A program made the position numbers and the translations under genes. A stretch of DNA of 64,000 bases. Source: Rhodospirillales bacterium. GTDB lineage: Bacteria; Pseudomonadota; Alphaproteobacteria; Rhodospirillales; JASLLZ01. Of the stretch, positions 45,242-53,622 are shown piece by piece. How positions within the stretch are numbered: position 1 is the stretch's first letter; the number at the start of each line of letters is the position of its first letter. Where the stretch lies: NCBI GenBank assembly GCA_030754885.1, contig JASLZL010000106.1, positions 1,012 through 65,011 on the forward strand. Reading direction: 5' to 3'. The notes under the pieces are model-generated. The model had not been told where the DNA came from. It searched no databases and saw only the letters and a program-made list of their open reading frames with translations.

Positions 45242-45868
45242 TCAGATTCCTTGCGCCAAGATCAGGGTCGTGTCGGTGGCGGTCTTTCGGGCCTCTCGAT
45301 AGGGCTCGTAGTGCGGGTGGTTGTAATGGGCCTCGGTTTTCTCAATGGTGGGCCATTCCACAATTACTGCCTCGTCGGGTGGCTCGCCCAAGCCCTCAAT
45401 TTGCCTGAGTTCGGTATTGCGCACCAGGTACCGTCCGCCATGTTCATGAACCAGGTTCGAAACTTCTTGTCCAAGGGGCGTCCAAGAAGGACTCTTGCGT
45501 TTGATTAGAACCATGGCATAGACAGGCTTCAGTCCCTCTCTTCGTTGTAGATCGGTCGCCGGATGCGCCGAGCGTAGTACGTTAATTCCTTCGACCAAGA
45601 CCAGGGTCGTGTCGGTGGCGGCTTTGCGGGTTTCCCGGTAAGGCTCATAGCGGGGGTCGTTGTAATAGGCCTCGGCTTTTTCGACCGAGGGAAACTCGAC
45701 GAGTACCGCCTCGTCGGGGGGCTCGCCCGAGCCCTCGATTTGCCTGGGCGCGGTGTCACGCACCAGATACCGTCCGCCGTGTTCATGAACCAGGTCCACG
45801 ACTTCTTGTCCGAGGGGCGTCCAAGAGGGCTTCTGTAGCTTAATGAAAGCCATCACATAAACGGACAT
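45242..45868 (-). CDS. Tandem-duplicated DUF1330 domain protein
   Basis: ATG at 45868 after AAGGTGG. Two ~95-aa halves are nearly identical: VYVMAFIKLQKPSWTPLGQEV..LVHEHGGRYLVR...EFPSVEKAEAYYNDPRYEPYRE and VYAMVLIKRKSPSWTPLGQEV..LVHEHGGRYLVR...EWPTIEKTEAHYNHPHYEPYRE. Confidence 0.75.
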   Translation of the reverse strand: MSVYVMAFIKLQKPSWTPLGQEVVDLVHEHGGRYLVRDTAPRQIEGSGEPPDEAVLVEFPSVEKAEAYYNDPRYEPYRETRKAATDTTLVLVEGINVLRSAHPATDLQRREGLKPVYAMVLIKRKSPSWTPLGQEVSNLVHEHGGRYLVRNTELRQIEGLGEPPDEAVIVEWPTIEKTEAHYNHPHYEPYREARKTATDTTLILAQGI

Positions 45869-45903
45869 TGATCCACCTTTCCGTTGTTGAAGGATTATCT
45901 GTG

Positions 45904-46890
45904 TCAATCCGGCGCCGTGGCGGCGCGACGCAGGCGGTCGTTGATGGCGCGCCCGAGGCCAATTTCGGGCACCGCCATGACGGCGATCGCGGTGGCACTG
46001 GCCGCGTCGAGGACATGCATCATGGCGAATAGATTGGCCGCCGCTTCGTCGACGTCGCCGGTCGCACTCAGGTTCAGGACTTCGCCCGGTGCCAGCGTCG
46101 GGGCATCGGGGCCAAAGGCGAGCAGGACCTCACCGAGACGGGGATTTCGGGCGTCGAGTCGAAGTGGCGTTCGCGGGGCGTAATGACATCCGATCATGCC
46201 GGGTGAACGGGCGGGTCCGGCCTCCGATTCGGGTTGGGCGAGGGGGCCGATCTCGGCTTCGATGGCTTCGGCGGCAATGCCGCCGGAGCGCAAGAGGACG
46301 GGCTCGGCGGCGCTTAGATCGATGACTGTCGATTCGATACCGACCCGGCACGGCCCGCCGTCGAGAATGAGAGCGACGCGGCCGCCGAGCGAAGCTGCCA
46401 CGTGGCCGGCGGTGGTTGGGCTGACGGTGCCCGAGCGGTTGGCGCTGGGAGCCGCGATTGGACACCCGGCGATTTCAAGAAGTGCCCGGCCCACCGGGTG
46501 ATCGGGAACGCGGACGGCAAGGGTGTCGAGGCCGCTGCTGGTAAGGAGTGAGATCGGGTTGTCAGGACTGCGCGGCAACACCAAGGTCAAGGCGCCCGGC
46601 CAGAAGGCGCGCGCCAGGGCGTGGGCGCGCTGATCGAAGATGACGGTTCGCGCTACTGCTTGCGTATCGGCGAAGTGTACGATTAGGGGATTGAAATCAG
46701 GTCGGTCCTTGGCCGCGAAGACGGCGGCGACGGCGCTGTCGTTGGTGGCGTCGGCCCCTAGCCCGTAGACGGTTTCGGTCGGGAAGGCAACCAACCCACC
46801 GGCACCGATCACGGCCGCCGCCTCGGCAACGGCTTGGTCCGTGGCGGGGTGGATTTGGGTCACTCGGTCGCTCATCGGGAAACGAGGCAT
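45904..46890 (-). CDS. L-threonylcarbamoyladenylate synthase, Sua5/TsaC2 type (YrdC domain + Sua5 C-domain)
   Basis: 328 aa. FPTETVYGLGADA (YrdC fold), then a ~110-aa Sua5-type C-terminal domain. Two in-frame ATGs (46890, 46875) arise from a 15-bp duplication. Confidence 0.85.
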   Translation of the reverse strand: MPRFPMSDRVTQIHPATDQAVAEAAAVIGAGGLVAFPTETVYGLGADATNDSAVAAVFAAKDRPDFNPLIVHFADTQAVARTVIFDQRAHALARAFWPGALTLVLPRSPDNPISLLTSSGLDTLAVRVPDHPVGRALLEIAGCPIAAPSANRSGTVSPTTAGHVAASLGGRVALILDGGPCRVGIESTVIDLSAAEPVLLRSGGIAAEAIEAEIGPLAQPESEAGPARSPGMIGCHYAPRTPLRLDARNPRLGEVLLAFGPDAPTLAPGEVLNLSATGDVDEAAANLFAMMHVLDAASATAIAVMAVPEIGLGRAINDRLRRAATAPD

Positions 46891-47112
46891 CGGGAAACGA
46901 GGTCCGAAGAAAGAGCCGCCACAAAGTGACGGCCCTTATGTCTCTCATTCTGCTTTTGGCTCGGACCATCCGCGGTCATGACCCGGCACTACAGTCACCG
47001 CAAGGGATTGCGGCGGCTAAGGCGTGACCGGAACCCCGGTCCGCTATGTATCGAGCGCTTTTTTTAGGAGCCTCCAATACAATATTAATTGTGCGCCCGA
47101 AGGGGTCGACAG

Positions 47113-47901
47113 TCAAGTATCTTCGTCATCGAAATCTTGCCCGGTGGCGACGAAATGCGGGTTCTCGAACCCCGACTTACCATAGGCCAGATCTCCGCCT
47201 TTGAGGGTCCTCACATGGCCGCCGGCAAAGTTCAGAACGGCGTGCCCCGCGGCGGTGTCCCATTCCATGGTCCGTCCGAGGCGCGGATAGAGATCGGCCC
47301 TTCCCACCGCCACGTGGCAGAACTTGAGCGAGCTGCCGGCGCTGATCTCATCGGTGATGGTGTAGGCGGTCAGAAACGTGTCCACCTCCGCTGAACGGTG
47401 CGAGCGGCTGACCAGGGCGACCAGGCCGTTGGCCGGCGCCGGCCGGGCGGAAATGGTATGCACTTCGGTCCCGCCGATGGTGGCGAAGGCGCCGTCGTGG
47501 CTGCCCCAGTATGTAGCCTCAAGAACCGGTGCGTGGACGACGCCGACTACGGGGCGGCCGGCCTCGATGAGGGCAATGTTAACGGTGAACTCGCCATTGC
47601 GCTTGATGAATTCCTTGGTGCCGTCAAGGGGATCAACGAGCCAGAAGGGCCCGTCGCCAACGGTCGGCGCCAGGCCGTCGGAAAAGGCCTCCTCGCCGAC
47701 GATCGGGAAAGCGTCCGTCATCGCCGTTATCTCCTTAGTGATCAAAGCCTCGGCTCGCTTGTCGGCCGCCGTGACCGGCGACGCGTCGTTCTTGGTCTCG
47801 ACGTCGAAGTCTGAATTGTAGACCTCCATGATCTCCTTGCCGGCGCGCTCGGCGATGTCGCGCAGTTTGTTGATGTCGCCAAGCCCGAAATTAACCGTCA
47901 C
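47113..47901 (-). CDS. cysQ: 3'(2'),5'-bisphosphate nucleotidase CysQ-like (inositol monophosphatase family)
   Basis: FWLVDPLDGTKEFIKRNGEFTVNIALIE and WDTAAGHAV motifs. The likely GTG start at 47901 overlaps the stop of the upstream gene (GTGA). The track ATG at 47934 would overlap by 37 nt. Confidence 0.8.
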   Translation of the reverse strand: MTVNFGLGDINKLRDIAERAGKEIMEVYNSDFDVETKNDASPVTAADKRAEALITKEITAMTDAFPIVGEEAFSDGLAPTVGDGPFWLVDPLDGTKEFIKRNGEFTVNIALIEAGRPVVGVVHAPVLEATYWGSHDGAFATIGGTEVHTISARPAPANGLVALVSRSHRSAEVDTFLTAYTITDEISAGSSLKFCHVAVGRADLYPRLGRTMEWDTAAGHAVLNFAGGHVRTLKGGDLAYGKSGFENPHFVATGQDFDDEDT

Positions 47902-49352
47902 GGCGTTGTTCCTTTTTGCTGGGCCGCGCTCCACAAGGCGGCGGGATCGTCTAAGTCCGCCGCCGACATCTCCTCGGCGATAAAGCGCGAGGCCTGGAAC
48001 GTTTTGGACCAGTGGTCGGCGGCGAAGCCGGCTTTTAGTTTGAGACGATGAAGGAAGGTCTCGGGTTGGGGCAGGCCCTCCCAGACCGAGGGCAGAAACA
48101 CCGCCCGCTTGCCCTTGTCTTGGATGATCAGCCCGTCGATGCCGGGGCGCAATTGGGCCAGAAGATTGGCTTCGTCGGCGATGGTCATGGCAGAGGGCGG
48201 GCTGAGGACCGAGATCGAAAGTTCCAGCCCCGCCACTTCGGCCTCTTTCAGGCCCTTGAAACGATGGTCGCGGAAGGCGGCGGCAAAACCGTTTGCGGCG
48301 GCATCCATAGCCAGTGCCCGATGGGCGAGGATCGAGCCGATGCAGCCCCGCAAAATGCCGTCGCGCTTTAGCGTGATGAAGCAGGCGCCGTTCTCGCGCA
48401 GCTCCGGGGCATAGGCGGCGGGGTCGACCTTCAGCGGGCCGTTATGGGCAAGGCCGTGTTCGATGGAAGCGGCGGCAATCCCCATCAGTGTTGGGCCGTG
48501 GGTCTTCAATAACGTCCGGGTACTTCGGGCGAAGTCGTTCTTCTCGACCTTTTCATTGGCGCCTTCATCGAATATCCAGGCGCCATAGCCGACGACCCGG
48601 TCACGCGGCCCGGCGGTGTCGCCCGAATTACGCAAGTCCACCGTCGTTACCCCCATGCCACGCCGCTTGGCCAGGGCCAGGAGGCCGCTCATGGGAATGC
48701 GCCCGCAGGCATCCTCGCGGCCGATGCCGGCGCTGTCCATGGCCTCGATGGCGTGACACGTCGCCCGGTCGCGGCGGCACGCTGCTTCGTAGTCCAGATG
48801 GTGGCTCAGGTCCGTTGAGATGACGATCAGGGCTTCCGGTCCGCCCCACAAGTGTTCAAGCACCTCGGCCACTTTTTCGGCGCCGGCCTCGCCGACCACT
48901 ACGGGTACGATTGAGAACGCGCCCAAGATGACTTGCAGGAATGGCAGGTGGACCTCCAGGCTATGTTCCTCGCTGTGGGTGGCGTCGAAGACTTCGACCT
49001 GGGGCAGGGTCAGAATGGCGGCGATTGCTTTTTTGTCCACGGGAACATCGCCAAGCGGGGTTGCGAAGGCGTCGGCGCCGCTGACCGCCAGTCCCCGTAC
49101 TGCGACCCGGTGGCAAGGTCCAAGCAGCACGACGCGCTTGATCACGTCGCGGGCCGGCCGGATTCTGGCATAGGCGGTCGCCGCCACCGGGCCGGAGTAG
49201 ATGTAGCCCGCATGGGGCGCGATCATCGCCTTGGGCACCGGCGCGTCGGTCGGTTCAACCTGGGACAGGTGGTATTGGACCGTGGCGTCCAGTTCCTTCG
49301 GATTACCCGGATAGAATGCGCCGGCGACCGCTGCTGGCCTGACCGATGTCAT
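47898..49352 (-). CDS. AmmeMemoRadiSam system fusion protein: Memo-like N-terminal domain + AMMECR1 C-terminal domain
   Basis: 484 aa. Memo part RPAAVAGAFYPGNP...IAPHAGYIYSGPVAA...SHHLD. AMMECR1 part GACFITLKRDGILRGCIGS...LSISVLSPP...KRAVFLPSVWE. Confidence 0.85.
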   Translation of the reverse strand: MTSVRPAAVAGAFYPGNPKELDATVQYHLSQVEPTDAPVPKAMIAPHAGYIYSGPVAATAYARIRPARDVIKRVVLLGPCHRVAVRGLAVSGADAFATPLGDVPVDKKAIAAILTLPQVEVFDATHSEEHSLEVHLPFLQVILGAFSIVPVVVGEAGAEKVAEVLEHLWGGPEALIVISTDLSHHLDYEAACRRDRATCHAIEAMDSAGIGREDACGRIPMSGLLALAKRRGMGVTTVDLRNSGDTAGPRDRVVGYGAWIFDEGANEKVEKNDFARSTRTLLKTHGPTLMGIAAASIEHGLAHNGPLKVDPAAYAPELRENGACFITLKRDGILRGCIGSILAHRALAMDAAANGFAAAFRDHRFKGLKEAEVAGLELSISVLSPPSAMTIADEANLLAQLRPGIDGLIIQDKGKRAVFLPSVWEGLPQPETFLHRLKLKAGFAADHWSKTFQASRFIAEEMSAADLDDPAALWSAAQQKGTTP

Positions 49353-49506
49353 GGCATTGCCCTTCCCTGGTGCTTACTTAGGACCCTCAGGGCGACCTGT
49401 AAAGGGATGGCTGAGCTTAACGTGAGCACGTTGACTCGCGCCGCCGGGGGGCCCAACTATACGGGGCCGGCGTTGATCGGCGACCCGGCGCATAGGGGAG
49501 ACGGTT

Positions 49507-50655
49507 ATGGAGGCTGCGGCTCCGCCAGAGGACTTCGGCGAGGCCTTCCCCGGGCGCTATTGGCGAACCCTGGACGACGGCCGTGTCCAATGCGACTTGT
49601 GCCCGCGCGAATGCAAGCTTAACGAAGGCCAGCGAGGTCTTTGTTTCGTCCGCGCCCGTCACGATGGGCGCATGGTGCTGACCACCTATGGACGCTCCAG
49701 CGGCTTTTGCGTCGATCCCATCGAGAAGAAGCCTCTCAACCACTTCTTGCCCGGCACGCCGGTGCTGTCGTTCGGCACAGCGGGCTGCAATCTGACGTGC
49801 AAGTTTTGCCAAAACTGGGATATCTCGAAGGCCCGCGACTTCGATCGGCTGGCCGACCGGGCGTCGCCCGAGGCCATTGCCAAAGCTGCCCGGCGCTTAG
49901 GCTGTCGCAGCGTTGCCTTCACCTACAACGACCCGGTGATCTTTCTTGAATACGCCATTGACGTGGCTCAGGCCTGCCATGAGGTCGGTATCAAGACGGT
50001 GGCCGTGACGGCGGGCTACATCTGCGACGAACCGCGCCACGAGTTTTACCGCCACATGGACGCCGCCAACGTCGACCTCAAGGCCTTCAGCGAGGATTTT
50101 TATTGGCGGCTCTGCACGTCGAGCCTCGGGCCCGTGCTGGAGACCCTTAAATACCTCAAGCACGAGACCGACGTGTGGTTCGAGATCACCGACCTCCTGA
50201 TCCCCGGAGAAAACGATTCGGAGGCCGAGATCGAAGAGATGACCCAGTGGCTGATGGAGAATTTGGGCCCGGACGTGCCTTTGCACTTCTCGGCATTCCA
50301 CCCCGATTGGAAGATGCTGGATAAGACCAGAACCCCGACCTCGACACTGACCCGGTCACGCGCCATCGCCATGAAGAACGGGCTTGGCCACGTCTACCTG
50401 GGCAACGTCCACGACTTCGACGGCAGCAGTACTTACTGCCGTTCGTGCGGCGCCCTGCTCATTGGACGCGACTGGTACGAGCTTTCGACATGGACGCTGG
50501 ACGACGAAGGCCATTGCCGGGCCTGCGGCACCCGTTGCGCCGGCGTCTTCGACGGTCCGCCCGGTGCCTGGGGCCGCAAGCGTCAGCCGGTGCGCATGGG
50601 ACGCCCCGTCCCCGTTCGGCGCAGGGTGCATGACAGGTCGCCGCCAACCTGTTAA
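49507..50655 (+). CDS. AmmeMemoRadiSam system radical SAM enzyme (PflA-like activase family)
   Basis: 382 aa. VQCDLCPRECKLNEGQRGLCFVR, VDPIEKKPLNHF, radical-SAM cluster GTAGCNLTCKFCQNWDIS, C-terminal CRSCG...CRACG. Confidence 0.85.
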   Translation: MEAAAPPEDFGEAFPGRYWRTLDDGRVQCDLCPRECKLNEGQRGLCFVRARHDGRMVLTTYGRSSGFCVDPIEKKPLNHFLPGTPVLSFGTAGCNLTCKFCQNWDISKARDFDRLADRASPEAIAKAARRLGCRSVAFTYNDPVIFLEYAIDVAQACHEVGIKTVAVTAGYICDEPRHEFYRHMDAANVDLKAFSEDFYWRLCTSSLGPVLETLKYLKHETDVWFEITDLLIPGENDSEAEIEEMTQWLMENLGPDVPLHFSAFHPDWKMLDKTRTPTSTLTRSRAIAMKNGLGHVYLGNVHDFDGSSTYCRSCGALLIGRDWYELSTWTLDDEGHCRACGTRCAGVFDGPPGAWGRKRQPVRMGRPVPVRRRVHDRSPPTC

Positions 50656-50697
50656 ACGTGTCGCGCCATTTCATGAAGCCACAAGTGCGGCCGAGAT

Positions 50698-51687
50698 ATG
50701 TCAAAAAAACAACTGGCCCTGATTCTGAAATTCGGGGTGTCGGCGGTACTGATTTGGTATCTTCTAAGTTACAAAGTTGATCTCGATGCGGCCAAAGCAC
50801 GTCTGTTGGAAGTCGATTTCAACATGGTGCTCCTGGCCGTCTCCCTCTTGTTGATCCAGGCGGCGATCTGCGTCATGCGTTGGGGCGCCGTGCTTGATGC
50901 TATCCGCGAGCCCCTCGGTTTCATTAAGGCGCTCAAGCTCTTCTTGATGGGGTCGTTCTTTAGTCAGGCCTTGCCATCGTCGGTCGGTGGCGATGCCGTG
51001 CGCGTCTATAAGGCCTATCAAGGCGGGCTAAGTTTGAGCGGCGCCGTCAACGGCGTCATGTTGGAGCGCGCGGCTACCGTCGTCGTTATCGTGCCCCTGG
51101 TCGCCGCTTTGATGCCGATTTTTCTGACCCGTGTCGACGATCAGGCGGGCGCGTGGATACTTTCCACCCTCATTCCTTTCGCTGTAGCGGCGGTCGGCGG
51201 CCTGACCCTACTTATGGTCCTCGACCGTTTGCCGGAAAGGCTCATGCGCTGGCGGGTGATCCGGGGGCTGTCCTATCTTGCCACCGACACGCGCCGTTTG
51301 TTCCTGGCCCCACGGCATGCGGCCAAGGCCCTTGGCTGGGCAGCCATCGGCCATGCCAACATAGCACTGGCAATTCTGGTGCTGGCCCGCGGCCTCGACA
51401 TCGACGTCGCCTGGATCGACTGCCTGGTCCTCATGCCCTTGGTGCTGCTGGTGACCACGTTACCCGTTTCCATCGGCGGCTGGGGTGTGCGCGAAGGTGC
51501 CATGGTGTTCGCCTTCGGCCTGGTCGGCGTCTCCGGGGACAGCGCCGTCGTACTCTCGTTCCTGTTCGGCCTCTTGGTTATCGCCGTCAGCGTACCCGGC
51601 GGACTGATCTGGCTGATGAGCGGCGAGAAGCGGGCCGACGTAATCGCCGAATCCAAGGCGCTGTCGGGCGAGCCTGGCGCTAGCTAA
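50698..51687 (+). CDS. Flippase-like (UPF0104 / lysylphosphatidylglycerol-synthase TM-region type) membrane protein
   Basis: 329 aa, ~8 TM. Pattern ...CVMRWGAVL......FLMGSFFSQALPSSVGGDAVRVYKA... typical of PF03706-type proteins. Lies 42 nt downstream of the radical SAM gene. Confidence 0.7.
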   Translation: MSKKQLALILKFGVSAVLIWYLLSYKVDLDAAKARLLEVDFNMVLLAVSLLLIQAAICVMRWGAVLDAIREPLGFIKALKLFLMGSFFSQALPSSVGGDAVRVYKAYQGGLSLSGAVNGVMLERAATVVVIVPLVAALMPIFLTRVDDQAGAWILSTLIPFAVAAVGGLTLLMVLDRLPERLMRWRVIRGLSYLATDTRRLFLAPRHAAKALGWAAIGHANIALAILVLARGLDIDVAWIDCLVLMPLVLLVTTLPVSIGGWGVREGAMVFAFGLVGVSGDSAVVLSFLFGLLVIAVSVPGGLIWLMSGEKRADVIAESKALSGEPGAS

Positions 51688-51715
51688 GCAGGCGCGAGGG
51701 GGAAGAGTTAGCTCG

Positions 51716-53557
51716 CTATTTGTGAGGCCACGAGCGGACGACGCGCCAGCCGTCGTCGCCGGTCCGTTCCAAAAGATGCGAAGCCCTGGTCGGCAGGTCG
51801 ATGGCCAGGACCTCGCGGACGGCTGCTGTCTGGGAATGCACCAAAATGTGCGTCAATTCGTCGGGGGACTGGACGGCTTGGCGTATGGCATCTGCGCTGC
51901 CATCGTGAAAGGCCGCCAAGTAGCCCCGCAACTCGTCGCGCCGTGCTCCCAGACGGTATTTCGTCATGACGCCCGACTCTCCCGTGCCACGGAGATCGAG
52001 GATCAATATCTTTGATCCCTTTGGTACGACCTCGGCCAAATTCGCGCCGACCATCTGGTAAAGGGGTTTAAGGCCTTCCAGATCGAAGCGAACCTTTTTG
52101 GCAAATGCCAGCGGAGCGACCAGGACCACGATAATCGGCAGCCACACGACAGCGCGCTGGACGGGCCGCCCGCTGAGCGTTTGTTTCCACAGCACGGCCA
52201 AGCCATAGGCGCCAAAGGCAACACTCATCAAACCGAGGTGCATGTTGTAGCGCCAATAAGAAGCGACGCGCAGCGCATCGTATTCGCCAAACTGGGCCAC
52301 GAAAATAAAGTACAAGAAGGCGTTGTAGCCGAGGAACGCACCGCCGACGATGATGGCCAGGCGATCGAAGTTACCGCGAAAGCGAATCAGCCCTTTTACG
52401 CCAATCCCGACGGCCAGAGCCATGATGGCGAAATAGACGCCCTTCTTGCTGGCGACCACCAGCATTTGGAGGAAAATTTGTCCGAGGATGTGAAAATTCC
52501 AGTCCGCAAACGGCCTCAACGTCGCTTCGGTTCCGGGTATTTCGGTCACCACGTGGTATCGCCACAGCCCAAAGATCAGCAGCGGCGGCACCACCATGCG
52601 CGGCAGCATCCGGACCAGATCCTTAAAACGAATCCCGGGATCGCGCAGACCGGCAAGGCCGATGCCGCCAACCAATATGACCACCAAGACAGGGTTGGCC
52701 TGTTTGATGTTGACCAGCACCAGCATGACCAATCCGAACTGCCAGGCCAGGGACCGAGCCCGAATTTGATCGCCCTGGGCCTGGGCTTCCAACATGAACC
52801 ACCCAAGTACGGCGCCCAAGCCTACGGCCACGGCGCTACTCGCGTCGGCATAGGCGGTCAGCGCCACCTTCTGGGCAAAGGTTGGATTAAAGATCGTGCT
52901 GGCCAGAACGGCGGCGGCACTCAGACTCCATCCACGGCTTTGGTTTTCTTCCCGGCCCGCGCCGAGAAGCACAAGGCGGACAACCACCAGACTGAAGGTC
53001 AACAGGAGAAGGGCATTGAGAACGCCGCCGGCGTTCTCGACGTATCCGCCGGCCAAGCGGTTGGCCAGATAGCTGAGCAGGGGCCAGTGATAGGGGTAGG
53101 CGGGAAAGGCACCGCCGGTTGAAGATGTCTCGGCCCAGGGAAAGCCATGGGTCTCCGCCAGGAAGCGGGCTGTGGGAACCCAATGAGAGAACTCGTCCCA
53201 CTCCGATACCCCCTTGGCCGAGGTCAGCAATAAGAGAGGCGCCGCAAGCAACAGCACCTTAGCGACGCCGGGAGAAAACAGGCGCCCCTCGCGACGGTAG
53301 AGGATGACGCCGGCGATTGGCGCCGCGATGAAAAACATCCAAGCAAGAGCTTCGAACGGAGCGACGAAAATGACGCCCAGAGCCGTGAAAACCAGACATA
53401 CGGCGGCCCATCCATAGAGCGTGTCGCCTTCTCTCAAGCGCTCCTGACCGCCGACGAGTCCGCCGACGGATGTCAGTGCTGCCCAGACCGCCAGCGTCGT
53501 CACCAGGGTGACGATCTGACCGCCGTCGGAGAAGAAATAGTCGAGATAAAGGCTCAT
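51716..53557 (-). CDS. Large polytopic membrane protein (~14-16 TM) with C-terminal soluble domain; possible GT-C-type glycosyltransferase (weak)
   Basis: 613 aa. Hydrophobic helices throughout aa 15-490. Loop motif SEWDEFSHWVPTARFLAETHGFP is reminiscent of DE..H loops in ArnT/PMT-like enzymes. ~115-aa hydrophilic C-terminus. Lies 65 nt downstream of the B12-rSAM gene on the same strand. Confidence 0.5.
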   Translation of the reverse strand: MSLYLDYFFSDGGQIVTLVTTLAVWAALTSVGGLVGGQERLREGDTLYGWAAVCLVFTALGVIFVAPFEALAWMFFIAAPIAGVILYRREGRLFSPGVAKVLLLAAPLLLLTSAKGVSEWDEFSHWVPTARFLAETHGFPWAETSSTGGAFPAYPYHWPLLSYLANRLAGGYVENAGGVLNALLLLTFSLVVVRLVLLGAGREENQSRGWSLSAAAVLASTIFNPTFAQKVALTAYADASSAVAVGLGAVLGWFMLEAQAQGDQIRARSLAWQFGLVMLVLVNIKQANPVLVVILVGGIGLAGLRDPGIRFKDLVRMLPRMVVPPLLIFGLWRYHVVTEIPGTEATLRPFADWNFHILGQIFLQMLVVASKKGVYFAIMALAVGIGVKGLIRFRGNFDRLAIIVGGAFLGYNAFLYFIFVAQFGEYDALRVASYWRYNMHLGLMSVAFGAYGLAVLWKQTLSGRPVQRAVVWLPIIVVLVAPLAFAKKVRFDLEGLKPLYQMVGANLAEVVPKGSKILILDLRGTGESGVMTKYRLGARRDELRGYLAAFHDGSADAIRQAVQSPDELTHILVHSQTAAVREVLAIDLPTRASHLLERTGDDGWRVVRSWPHK

Positions 53558-53622
53558 GGGTGTGAAAAACTTTTCATTCCGCTAAACAGGTCGTCTTTCG
53601 GACAATGCAAGGGAGATCGCCT

